Shown: positions 24,228-36,472 of the stretch, in pieces
How the letters are laid out: each line of letters opens with the position of its first letter
How positions within the stretch are numbered: position 1 is the first letter of the stretch
Origin: Mustelus asterias
Taxonomy: Eukaryota
Length of the DNA: 64,000 nt
Direction of reading: 5' to 3'
NCBI RefSeq assembly: GCF_964213995.1
Contig: NC_135816.1
Span: forward strand, 29,326,001-29,390,000
Made by a program: the position numbers and the translations under genes
Notes under the pieces: generated by a model
The model's input: the letters and a program-made list of their open reading frames with translations, nothing else
Database searches by the model: none
Told to the model about the DNA's origin: nothing

Positions 24228-24356
24228 AGTAAGAAGTTTAACAAGACCAGGTTAAAGTCCAACAGGTTTTATTTGGTAGCAAAAGCCACTAGCTTTCGGA
24301 GCCTTAAGCCCCTTCAGGCGAGTGGGAATTCTGTTCACGCCGGTATCTCCACATCA
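24228..24356. mobile_element. Penelope-like mini-element, family 1
   Basis: TSD ttgttatagttc (24216-24227 / 24357-24368); inverted 5' arm; hammerhead remnant; end gccggtatctccacatca. Confidence 0.75.
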
Positions 24357-24827
24357 TTGTTATAGTTCGCCAGGATTGTGAAGATTTGAACCACATATAT
24401 CTGAGATATCATCACCAGTGAGGGTTTATGTGCAATCTTAAAACTCATGAATAACTTGTTGGAAATTATAACTATTGCAATGATTTCTGTGACCAATTCA
24501 ATCCCTTTAGATGCATCTTAAAACATTTGATTGTCTTTTGCTTTTTAAGTGCATTGGTTTAGGCAGCAGTAAAGCTTAGTGTATTTTGTGAATTAGGAAG
24601 TTAGGCAGGGAAATGGAACATTGAGTTTCACTCTCAATATGTTTAGTACGTTTTGGAAAATCCCAGATTTAAATGTTTAAATGACTTTAAAGTGTATATA
24701 GGGGGTAAATTGGATAATCCCCAAAAACAGGCGTGGAGAATCGTGATGTATAATTAGTCTACACATGTTAAATGTAATGCAGAAAACATTCCCACTTTGT
24801 TCTGTCTGTTTATTTAGATGATTGCTG

Positions 24828-25360
24828 CATGCATTTGGAATACTGCGTCCAGTTCTGGTCGCCACACTACCAGAAGGACGTGGAGGCTTTGGAGAGAGTA
24901 CAGAGGAGGTTTACCAGGATGTTGCCTGGTATGGAGGGGCTTGGTTATGAGGAGAGATTGGGGAAACTGGGGTTGTTCTCCCTGGAAAGACGGAGGATGA
25001 GGGGAGACTTAATAGAGGTGTATAAAATTATGAAAGGCATAGATAGGGTGAACGGTGGGAAGCTTTTCCCCAGGTCGGTGGTGACGTTCACGAGGGGTCA
25101 TAGGTTCAAGGTGAAGGGGGGGAGGTTTAACACGGATATCAGAAGGACATATTTTACACAGGGTGGTGGGGGCCTGGAATGCGCTGCCAGGCAAGGTGGT
25201 GGAGGCGGACACACTGGGAACGTTTAAGACATATCTAGATAGCCATATGAACGGAGTGGGAATGGAGGGATACAAAAGAATGGTCTAGTTTGGACCAGGG
25301 AGCGGCACGGGCTTGGAGGGCCGAAGGGCCTGTTCCTATGCTGTATTGTTCTTTGTTCTC
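24828..25360 (+). mobile_element. Young CR1-type LINE 3' fragment
   Basis: HLEYCVQFWSPHYQKDVEALERVQRRFTRMLPG...; 3' tail ttctttgttct. Confidence 0.9.
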
Positions 25361-25374
25361 TGTCTGCTCTGGAT

Positions 25375-26715
25375 GGCAGGCAATGTTGCGCAGCTTGTAA
25401 CAGACCAGGATAAAGTCCAGAGTGGTCCAGGTGGTGGACACATTGTCTCAGCATACTAGTGGTCTGCTCTATTACGTTTCATGTGGCAATATGGCTTTTA
25501 TTGTATGCATGTTGACGAATTGTGCCACAGTCATCAGGGGATAGTCTTTATCATCCTGTAGTCAACCGTGGTTTATGGAGGCTCAAATGCAGCTACCACA
25601 GTGGACTGTCGTCATGATGGCCGCCAGGATACCAGGCATTTGACCTGCATGATTATGGGCTGCCCCCTTCCCAAACCTGCAGCATGGTCACACACACACC
25701 AGCTGAACATTGGGAGGGAGTGGAATCCCAGTGCAGAGTTGACATGTATCATCCATAAAAAAAGTATGCACAGTCAATGGCATCCTGAGTCATTGGGATG
25801 CCTACAATCCAGCAAAAGCATACAGTCACTCCATCTGCTTAGCATTGGCAAGAGAGAATAAAATATAGTTGGCTCTCATTGAATCTAAATGTCAGGACAG
25901 AATTCTCCCATCTGAGATGAAGCCCCATGGTGGGGGTGGGAATGTGAAGTGTTTTCCACTGTGAAGGCAGCAGGAAAACATGCCATATCTTCCAGTCCCA
26001 AACTCATTAACTATCTAACCATGCATTTTGCACCATATTGTGTGGCAGCGCAGACAAAAAGGTGTGAAGTCTGTCTTGGCATCTGAATGCCCAACATCAC
26101 TGACCCACTATTGAAGAGAGGCTGGAAGATAGATCTCCTGGACACCCAACCTGGAAGGTCCACCTTGAGGTGCTCTCTACCCCCACTGCTATGGTGGTCC
26201 AGGGTTGCTGTTGACCTCTGCTCCGAATTCTGGAGGCAGCCCCAGGCATTGTTCAACTGAGTCATGATATCTGCATTCTGTTATTCCAGACGTGCTTTGC
26301 GCCAATCGGTTTTCCCACTGCCGTTGTGGAGAATTGGGCCTGGGTGGTCAGCCCTACATCTGCATCCCATTAGCGGAATGCAAATCCATTTCACGCCGGC
26401 CCCAGGCGTGTTTTCTGACCTTCTATGGTGAGCACTGACTGAAAATACTGTGGGGAAATTCACATCAGTGTGAAACAGAATATTACACTTGTGCCACATT
26501 CTCGTCCCCTGTCCACTATTGAACACACCAGCAGGGCAAGCGAGAATTCCACCCTCAGTGACTGTCCTTCTATTCAGTGATCCATAAATTGCCAATATCT
26601 CCAGCCTATATGGAACCAGATGCATAAAAATTGCTGTGGTCAAGTTCACAGTCACTGATGATGTGGGCTTTGCCCTGTCCTGAGGTTGCAGCAGGTGATA
26701 AATTTCAGTGAGGAC
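25375..26715 (-). pseudogene. Fossil PIF/Harbinger (HARBI1-like DDE) transposase in two pieces
   Basis: Frameshifted minus-strand peptides LTEIYHLLQPQ, NFYASGS..AGDI, IMQV/NAWYPGGHHD, RQSTVVAAFEPP, G*LQDDKDYPLMT, YNKSHIAT*NVIEQTTSMLRQCVHHLDHSG and FILVCYKLRNIA. Their order matches Harbinger transposase motifs. Confidence 0.8.
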
Positions 26716-27665
26716 TGACGTACAGATAGCTTGTCTCTTGGCTCTAGCTGGGATACAGTTGAGATAATTGCTCCCTGAATCCCTGCTGAAAGCCCTTCTC
26801 TCCTTCCTCCTCCCTCCTTCCAGCAGCACGGCTTTTTTTTCAGTCTCAAAGTCGTGTTGTATTTTGACCAGAAGCCTTGAAATCAGCAAAATGTTCTTCA
26901 GTATCTACCTGTCTTTTTTTTATAACTTGAAACAACAATAGAACCAGCAAAGACTTGTGGAATCATAGAAAATACCCAGCAAGTGACCTACACATGGTTG
27001 ATAATTGCATCAAATAGCACTGATGGAAGCACAATTGTAATGTTGGCACCAAGTATCCTAATTGACATCTGCCTGCTCTGCATACTTCCAGTAGCTTTGT
27101 CTGCACTGACACCTTCGCCAATATGATATCCTGTGCCATTCACCATAGACAGTGTGTTCCCACCACGGATGCCATTTCTTTTTTAGCTCTAAGGGCGCTT
27201 GTAGCAGAGAAAAAGCAGCCACTAATAAGCCCAATGTTTCACTCGATTTCTTAGATGTGCTCCTGAGACTTAATTAAGTATAAGATACAATTATTTCCTC
27301 CTCCTCCCACCATTTATACAATGCAATGTGTGAAACAGATGCCAATAGCTATTTGACAGAAGACGAAAAAGGCTAGAGATTGTTTACTTAAGCTGACCCC
27401 TTCCCCCCCCTAACGTGCAGTAAAATTGGAAAGCAGAATATAACAAGCCTCTCCATTTTTATTAGTAACATCCTCAGTTCATGGTATCCATGGTTGTGCT
27501 GATATTAATTATTCTCGACATTTTTTTCTCTCTCAAAAACCCTTACCAGGTCGATATGGTTCCTCTGTCAACCCGATTATCTCCGTTAGCAAGATTCGGT
27601 ACAAATCTGTCATGTTTATAATTTTTTAATTGAATTTGTTCTTGGACAATGGATGACTATGAAAA

Positions 27666-27740
27666 GAGTAAGAAGTTTAACAACACCAGTAAACTTCTTA
27701 TTGTGTTTACCCCAGTCCAACGCCGGCATCTCCTCATCAT
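27666..27740. mobile_element. Penelope-like mini-element, family 1 (shortest copy)
   Basis: TSD gactatgaaaa (27655-27665 / 27741-27751); taagaagttta...taaacttctta inversion; end gccggcatctcctcatcat. Confidence 0.7.
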
Positions 27741-28557
27741 GACTATGAAAAAGCATTGTTGGTCATCAGTAGTTGCTTGAGAAGGCAGTGGACCTTCCTC
27801 CTTGAGACACTGCAGTCATTTTTGTTAGAATATTTTACAAAAGTATATCGAATTGGGCCAAATCCTTCTTGGAAAATAAAAACAATTTTAGTCTTTTTTA
27901 GCAAATACAATGATATTGAATAAAAGTAGCTATATACTGATAAGATGAGCAGGTCAGTGGTGACCCAGTGTTAAATCTATCTTTTCATAGTTGATGTTCA
28001 CTACCTCCCACGCTGAACATGATTTTTTAAAAAAATGACTACATTGAAACTGAAATCTGCCAAAAAGGTAGTTTGCTTTGGCTCTCCCAATGAGTAAGTT
28101 CCCTTAACTGACCTGTTGTCCAAAAATAAAAATAATGGTAGACTTTTCACTTCCGCGTAGGTTGATGTGTCAAACTCCAAATCCTAATGAGTCTAAAATA
28201 TCCTAGTTTAAATGATAAGTGAGCATCCAGTATGTTAAATCATTTCTATATCACCCTTATTAAGTTTTAAATATAAATGGTGTAATGATGCATGCTAATC
28301 TATAGAGCTATGAAGCAACCTGTTGTAGCTCCCTACAAATTGGGTGGGATTTTCTGGCCACTCCTGGTATGATCCCACTGATGGGGACCCCCTGCCACGG
28401 GTTCCCCAGGGTTGGAGAGTGCAGATAACTGGGAACCCTTTTGACAGGAGCAGGATTGGAAGATGCCACCACTGCAGCCACAAAACACGCCTGGGAGGGG
28501 TGGAAACAGGAGGAGATTTTGATCGAGTAGTGGTCTACAGTGTCACAAAGACGGATT

Positions 28558-28845
28558 GGTGGCACAGTGGTTAGCACTGCTGCCTCTCAGCGCCAGGGAC
28601 CCATGTTCGATTCCCTGCTTGGGTGACTGTGTGGAGTTTGCACGTTCTCTCCATGTCTGCATGGGTTTCTTCCGGGTGTTCCGGTTTCCTCCCGCTGTCT
28701 GAAAGACATGCTGGTTAGGTGCATTGACCGTGCTAATTCTCCCTCCGTGTACCCAAACAGGCACCAGAATGTGGCGACTAGGGGATTTTTACAGTAACGA
28801 CATTGCAGTGTAAGCCTACTTGTGACACTAATAAATAAACTTTAA
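28558..28845 (+). mobile_element. V-SINE tail B
   Basis: Complete head, core and tail ending cttgtgacactaataaataaactttaaac. Confidence 0.85.
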
Positions 28846-29356
28846 ACAACCGCATACGCAGGCAGAAAATCCAGATAATTGGGAAGCACAATTCTCTCCG
28901 AAGGAAATCAAGTTTACTGATTTTTTTTTTTCCCCTGATCGGTGACATCACTAAGTTAACGCCCACAAGGGGTGAGAACCTCATTTTAATTCATTTAAAT
29001 ACATTTTGATTCCTACCACTGAATATTGAAGTCTGCAAATTTCATAACAGCTCTTGCAAAACGAGGGGATCTGTCCAGGGAGCAAAGGCAAGTATAGTCT
29101 CTGAGGAAGCCTGTGTCGGCAAGGGACCCTCATGGGAGCCCCATGCAAGGAGGGATTCTCACTAAAATCTGTCACCTTTTACAGTCGTAACTATAATCTC
29201 AGAGCAGGGCAATGACCATTACCAGTGACTATGAACATTATGGCGGTGATTAACTGTTTATGCATTGGGCTGAATTGGGCACCAGGCTGATGTTGGGGAT
29301 AACTCCAGCATCTCAGTTGCTGTCTACAAGGCCAGTTGATGCTCTTTATTAATTGA

Positions 29357-31735
29357 GTCATCGAGGCTTACAGCATGGAAACGGGCCCTTCGGCCCAACT
29401 TGTCCATGCCACCCTTTTTTTTAAAAACCCCTAAACTAATCCCAATTGCCTGCATTTGACCCATATCCCTCTACACCCATGTAACTATCTAAATGCTTTT
29501 TAAAAGATAAAATTGTACCCGCCTCTACTACTACCTCTGGCAGCTTGTTCCAGACACACACCACCCTCTGTGTGAACAAATTGCCCCTCTGGACCCTTTT
29601 GTATCTCTCCCCCCTCACCTTAAACCTATGCCCTCTAGTTTTAGACTCCCCACCTTTGGGAAAAGATATTGACTATCTACCTTGTCTATGCCCCTCATTA
29701 TTTTATAGACCTCTATAAGGTCACCCCTCAGCCTCCTACGCTCCAGAGAAGAAAGTCCCAGTCTATTCAGCCTCTCCTTATAACTCAATCCATTAAGTCC
29801 CAGTAGCATCCTAATAAATCTTTTCTGCACTCTTTCTAGTTTAATAATATCCTTTGTATAATAGGGTGACCAGAATTGCACACAGTATTCCAAGTGTGGC
29901 CTTATCAATGTCTTGTAAACAAGATGCCCTAACTCCTGTATGCAATGTTCTGACCAATGAAACCAAGCATGTTGAATGCTGCCTTCACCACTGTCCACCT
30001 GTGACTCCACTTTCAAGGAGCTATGAACATGTACCCCTAGATCTCTTTGTTCTGTAACTCTCCCCAACGCCCTACCATTAACTGAGTAAGTCCTGCCCTG
30101 GCTCAATCTACCAAAATGCATTACCTCACATTTGTCTAAATTAAACTCCATCTGCCATTCTTCAGCCCACTGGCCCAATTGATCAAGATCCCGCGGCAAT
30201 TGGAGATAACCTTCCTCACTGTCCACCATGCCACCAATCTTGGTGTCATCTGCAAACTTACTAACCATGCCCCCTATATTCTCCTCCAAATCATTAATAT
30301 AAATGACAAATAACAGTGGGCCCAGCACTGATCCCTGAGGCACACTGCTGGTCACAGGCAGTTTGAAAAATAACTCTCTACAACCAACCTCTGGCTTCTG
30401 TCAAGAAGCCAATTTTGTATCCATTTAGATACCTCACCCTGGATCCCGTGAGATTTAACTTTATGCAACAACCTACCATGCGGTACCTTGTCAAAGGCCT
30501 TGCTAAAGTCCATGTCGACAACATCAACTGCACTGCCCTCATCTACCTTCTTGGTTACCCCTTCAAAAAACTCAATTAAATTTGAGAGACATGATTTTTC
30601 CACACTCAAAGCTATGCTGACTGTCCCTAATCAGTCCTTGCATCTCTAAGTGCCTGTAGATCCTGTCTCTCAAAATACCTTCCAACAATTTACCCACCAC
30701 AGATGTGAGGCTCACTGGCCTGTAGTTCCCAGGCTTTTCCCTGCAGCCCTTTTTAAACAAAGGCACAACACTTGCCACTCTCCAATCTTCAGGCACCTCA
30801 CCCGTGACTATCGATGATTCAAATATCTCGGCTAGGGGACCCGCAATTTCCTCCCTAGCCTCCCACAACGTCCTGGGATATACCTCATCAGGTCCCACAG
30901 ATTTATCTACCTTGATGCGCTTTAAGACTTCCAGCACTACCACCTCTGTAATATGTACACTCCCCAAGACATCCATATTTATTTTCCCAAGTTCCCTAAC
31001 ATCCATGCTTTTCTCAACAGTAAATACTGATTAGAAATATTCATTTAGGATCTCTCCCATCTCTTGTGGATCTGCACATAGATGACCTTGTTGATCCTTA
31101 AGAGGCCCTACTCTCTCCCTTGTTGTTCTTTTGCCCTTTATGTATTTGTAGAAGCTCTTTGGATTCTCCTTTGTCTTATCTGCCAAAACAATTTTGTGTC
31201 CCTTTTTTGCCCTCCTGATTTCTCTCTCAACTCTACTCCTCCACCCCCTCTCCTCTTCAAGGGATTCACTTGATCCCAGCTGCCTATGCACGTCATGTGC
31301 CTCTTTCTTCTTCTTGACCAGGGCCTCAATATCCCAAGTCATCCAGGGTTCCTGACTTCTGCCAGCCTTGCCCTTCACTCCAAGAGGAATGTGTTTACCC
31401 TGAACCCTGGTTAACACACTTTTGAATGCGTGCCACTTACCAGACATCCCTTTTCCTTCCCACAGACTCCCCCAATTAACTTTTGAAAGTTCCTGCCTGA
31501 TGCCATCAAAATTGGCCTTGCCCCAATTTAGAATATTAACTTTTGGGACAGACCTATCATTTTCCATAGCTATCTTAAAACCAATAGAATTATGGTCACT
31601 GGTCCCAAAGTGATCCCTCACTAACACTTCTGTCACCTGCCCTTCCTTATTTCCCAAGAGGAGGTCAAGTTTTTCCCCCTCTAGTTGGGCCATCCACATA
31701 CTGAATGAGAAATTCCTCCTGAATACACTCAAGTG
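29357..31735 (-). mobile_element. CR1-type LINE, 5'-truncated, ORF2 (endonuclease end and RT) broken by frameshifts
   Basis: ORFs 31031-31771, 30572-31006, 30352-30609 and 29615-30355 contain LDLLL...SDHN, NYRPVSLTS, DFSKAFD, VPQGSVLGP and KFADD. Confidence 0.93.
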
Positions 31736-32959
31736 CTGACTACATGTAATTCTCTTGCCAGAGACCAGCATGTAGAGTGAGCATGAGCTTCATGAGAATT
31801 GTAAGCTTTCCCCGTGGTGCAGGTTGCTAAAGATTGCATGCACAAGTCTGCTCTATACCAGAGCCAAATATTTCCCATCAGTTGCTGGGTGACTATAGGA
31901 AAGAATAGTGTAAGCCGACACTATTCTTTCCTATAGTCACCCAGGCAACATGAAATATCAAAGGAAGGCTACTGAATAATAAGGAAGAGTAGACAAAACC
32001 TAGACAGTACTGCCTGGCCATAAAAAACTCATCTGAATGTAATACCAGTTTTTTTTTTAAAAACCCTAATTCCCCCATTAGCCAACAATTTCGCACCTTA
32101 CCTTTCCTCTGTCCTATTTGCTTGCTCAATGCAAAAATGAACACTGGTGCAAAATACAAATGACAAACCAAATTTATGTACGAAATTATTCCATATTGCA
32201 AGAGTCATGAACTAATCACTCTTGGGCATTCCCTAAATGCCTGTCGTCTTTGTCTTTGCCCATCCTGGTGGCTCTCTGTATTGCTACCCCTATGGCTATT
32301 GCTAGTGGAAGGCTGGTGAAGCTGATTAATATAAGCTGATTCACTGTACGCAGGTCCAACTTCTATGCTATCCTCTAAATTACAAACAGTATCTGATTAA
32401 TGTGATGGGCTGTGCCTTCAACATCACTGTTTTCTCTTTGCTTCCCTGCTGCCTGGCTGGGTTTTATATTTCTCTTTAAGACACAAAAGGAATTGAGGGG
32501 CATGGTCTCACCAATCTGCAATTTGTAAATCGGAAGATCGTGTGGGGTGAGGAGGAGGATTAAGTAGGAAGATTCTGTCATTTTCGGTGGTTTCAGCCTC
32601 TCTATTGGCAATGGTCTGAGCAACGGTCAACCCAGTAATGGCCAGTCATGTATCCTCCATGGGAATCAGGAGGTTCAGGCTCACTTATATGAGTGGTTAG
32701 CACTTGCTGCTTTTGTTTGTGCACCACCATGTCCTGGAAGAGGGAGAAGTATGTCAATGAGTGTCCCGAAACCTGTTTTTGGGTTATGTGGTTGTTATCG
32801 TTATCAGTGTGTACAAGCTGTGAGATAAATGAGGCTTGCAGCAGTGTTTTGAGGGTGCAGTGGAACATACGGAAGTCATGTTCGAGTCCTGACTAAGCCA
32901 GATTGTTGTTCAGTGAAATATTGTGGGGTGGGGTGTCGTGACTGGAGCAGTGTCTGAAG

Positions 32960-33433
32960 CAGGGAATTCCACATTTTGGGTTGTGACCCCAATGGCATTG
33001 TGGGATGAACAGTGGGGTCCTGAGCTCTGAGATGACCACGGTGACTGGAGTGAAGATTTGAGACTTGACAACCCTAGGATTGGGTGCAAGGCCCCTTTTT
33101 AAATGTGATTTTTGTGATAGACATGGATTAACATAAACTGTCAGGCCTGATAGCTGTCAACAGCAACAGCCTGCAAAATCATGGCAGGTGTCTTGTTTTT
33201 ATTTTTGTGTGCCAATAATCCAGGTGTTTAAACTCCCCTAAACCTGGTCAGTAATCTACCCTCTTTTCTTCCCCCCACCCCACCCATAAAAAAAACCCTG
33301 GTCAGTACTCTTCTCCATTCAACTCTTGCTCCTCTCATCCCAACCAAACCCCTCCCTTTTGAACATCAAAGATACACCAAATGTGAAATATTAAAATGGA
33401 AGCACACAGTGGAAAAGGTTTTGAGAAGCATTG
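32960..33433. mobile_element. Old hAT (Charlie-like) non-autonomous element
   Basis: Ends cagggaattccacattttgggttgtgacccc / aaaaggttttgagaagcattg; degenerate 8-bp TSD gtctgaag / gtctgggg. Confidence 0.5.
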
Positions 33434-35675
33434 GTCTGGGGCCGATATGGCTAGTCGAATATGACATTTGTGGATTTATTCACTGACCACTCATGAGGTT
33501 ATTGAAATTCTTACAACATTGCCTCAAGTCCTCGGAGTATTGACCTCTCTGCTCCCGCTGGCTTCTGAATGTGCATCTGGAGAGCCTCTTGGCACCTTGT
33601 GGATGTAGGACATCCTTCTCCTATCCATAAAGACCTCAGTGCAGTGTCCAAAAACCTTAGCGCTTGCTGTCTTTCATGTGATGCCATTCTTCAATGTTTT
33701 ACATGTCTGATTCTCTTCTGCACAACTACAGGTCCCAAGCCCATCCATAATACACCTCCCTTGAAAGTTGCTGATTGGCTTTAAGCAGTGTTTTAACTGA
33801 TGCTAGCCACTTACAATATCGGTCACCTCCTGAAATACTCTGCCACTCAATCCCACATTTATCACTGACTGATCACTGAAATTATTTAAGGTGGCAAGCA
33901 GCACAAAGCCCTGCATCCATGTTGAACAGAACCACGATAATTGTGCATTGTGTTCCCCTCAATCATTTTGGGAACTATTGAATTTAGCCGCCATCATTGA
34001 GGAAATTAAATATGATGCATTGAGGGGGAGCATAAAGAAAATTAAGCCCTCTATCAGAAATGTCTTATCCCTGCCAGAAATGAGAGCATCAGCAGAAATG
34101 GATTTTGTCACAAAGTCTTGTTCCTCCACACTCACTATCCTTGAATTATGTGTCCGTCCCCGCCCCCCAAAAAACATTGATTATTTCTTTGCCAGCGGAG
34201 GCTGAAGCAATTTGGCTCACAATTTAGCTCTGAAGTGTTGAAGGTAGTTGTGGAAAACAAACTATATTACTCATCTTTGCACTTGATTTACTAAATTCGG
34301 AGAACACATGTTTAAAAAATTCTTTAGCTGCATGCATTTGAAGTCAAATTATTGCAACGCACAATGGTTAGGTAAGGGTTGTAACCTTCAAGAATCTAAC
34401 GGAGGAAATTATCAGCAACCAAATATTTTTCCCACGTTGAGAGGGGAAGAAACGATGCTTTCTCTAGTTGATAATGGCATGGTGACTTCAGATTGTTTGA
34501 TTTTTCCTTTGCAGAACAAGAGATCTGTGATTTGAATATTGGTATGACAGCTGCAGGAAATTTGTGTTCCTGCTGGTGGTCATTTGAGAGAATTAGAATA
34601 GAACTTTTATTGTTCATGCAAAAGTGGAAATTTATCTTTGGCTTCGCCTCCAGTATACTCGTACAGTGATTAGTTTAAAAGTAGTGAATATTTCATGGAT
34701 ATCTACGTTCATACATTTTGTGCATATATAACACATCCATACCACATATGCATAACACATTGCTCTCTACCATTAACGCACTTACTGCAGTTGAATAAAT
34801 AAAAACTGTGGCTTGAGTTCACATTGTTATTTAGTAAACGTATAGCATTGGGAACAAAAGATCTCTTGAACAGATTTTTCCTGGCAATAGGTATTCTGAA
34901 GTGTGGCCTGAAGGGCGCCTTTCAAGTTACAGATATAAAGAGTGAGAGGGATCACCAATGATGGCCTGAGTTCTCCTCTTAACTGCATCGCTAAATAGAT
35001 TAATGAGCTGTGTCTGCTGTCTACCAATGATTTTTCCTGCAATGTTGACAATTCTGGCCAACTTACTTTTGCATTTCACACTAGGTTACTATGCCAGACT
35101 GTCATGTTGAATATTTGCCTTTACTGTAATTATCTCCAGCTGCATCCTGCTGCAATGCAAATATGACAAGCAGTGAAATAATTTTAAATATCTAGAGCAG
35201 GTGCACAGTTCTCATGCGCACTTTCTTGTCAGCGGCTGAACAGTCTGGATTGGCTGAGCCTGGAAGCGGGTTACCTATCCCTATTTTACTTGAGGAAATT
35301 AAATGTAAAGCAGACAAAACCTAATGAGAGAAGCTGAATTAAAGAAAAAAATGTTTTTTCCAAATGTCATTTGAAAGACATTTTCTGTTGTTTGAATTGA
35401 AAACCTCAAGATTGACAATTTACCAATGTTTGTGTTGGCTAATATTTTGCACGCTGTTATTTACTCTTAAAGGGGCTATGTCACAAAGTGATCTGAACAT
35501 TTAGCTGTGATGTCAATGGCATCATTCACACCCAACTTGTAGCTGAGGAATAGCCAGTTTAGACGCCTGATATTGCAGGCGACTGCAGAAAGCTGGGATG
35601 GGATGGGGTGGTGAGGGAGGGAATTATAGCCGTTAATGCAATAGTCTTTCGTGAAGCAATGTAGCTTTTGATAGC

Positions 35676-35778
35676 AAAAGAGAAAATGCTGGGAATCTTA
35701 GCAAGTCTGGCAGCATCTGTAAGGAGAGAAAAGAGCTGATGTTTGAAGTCCAGCATCCGCAGTAATTTGCTTTTATCC
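35676..35778. mobile_element. Penelope-like mini-element, family 2, with an internal inversion
   Basis: 14-bp TSD tagcttttgatagc (35662-35675 / 35779-35792). Its 3' part ccagcatccgcagtaatttgctttta is the reverse complement of the start of the 8550 copy. Confidence 0.7.
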
Positions 35779-36244
35779 TAGCTTTTGATAGCCAATCACT
35801 CTGACAAGCTATTGATTTAGCCATAAAGGAGCATTCCTCATTTTGAGGCAAGAAAAATTTAACAGCGGTTACCATCGCTTCAATTGGTTGTAGAGTAAAT
35901 TAACAGATGCCTGTTGGCCAGGAGTCAAGGGAACAGCACGTTTTGAGGAAGTTGACCTTTAAAAATGGAGAACAATGTTAATTTTAAAATGTATACATTT
36001 TTGCAAAAGCCTAAGTATTGCGGACACTGAAATCTGAAATACAATCAAAACATTGGCAAGATTCAGCAGGTTAAGATTGTCTGTCCATCCGTCCACCCGC
36101 CCGGATTGATCTTTCACCCGAGTTGTGTTGGCCAAGTTTGCAGTTGTAAAGTGTGTTGTGATGACAGCGGAGTTTTGAGGTGTTACTAACCTTTTGAATC
36201 TTCTGCACATACTCTGTTAGATAACAAAGCCCCTTAAAATCATG

Positions 36245-36347
36245 TCCGCTTCTTCTAGTGTCATTTTCTTTTCTCTTGTAACTTTCTCTTTGTCTCTCTG
36301 TCAGTGTATTCTCCTCTCTGTCTCACACTCCCTCATACCCTCTGCAG
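36245..36347 (+). promoter_or_regulatory. Extended CU-rich polypyrimidine tract upstream of the F gate exon (candidate PTB sites)
   Basis: About 100 nt rich in TCTT and CTCTCT motifs, far longer than the tracts at the other acceptors in this gene. Confidence 0.5.
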
Positions 36348-36425
36348 AAAGTGATCTTTCCAAGACAGGATGATGTCCTTATTTCCTTCTTGCCTCTGGC
36401 GCACATGTTTGAGAGAGTTATCCAG
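36348..36425 (+). CDS. ACSL6: ACSL6 alternative gate exon, F-type (78 nt)
   Basis: ctgcag| KVIFPRQDDVLISFLPLAHMFERVIQ |gtaaga; D-x4-F-LPLAH gate motif. Confidence 0.96.
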
Positions 36426-36472
36426 GTAAGAGTCTATCTCACCATGCTTGTGCCACTTATTATGTTTTACAG

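Noticed and set aside
26281-26889. 202-aa minus-strand ORF as an intact nested gene
   Set aside because: Only a short part matches Harbinger transposase before a frameshift; it is a fossil, not an intact CDS.
27550-27598. CpG-containing 49-nt segment after a pyrimidine tract and cag, a possible cryptic exon
   Set aside because: Weak donor (TCG|gtacaa), frame-shifting length and no ACSL similarity; not supportable without RNA data.
34298-34330. Possible third gate exon (EHMFKK resembles AHMFER)
   Set aside because: No LPLA upstream, an in-frame stop nearby, and no fitting 78-nt splice boundaries.
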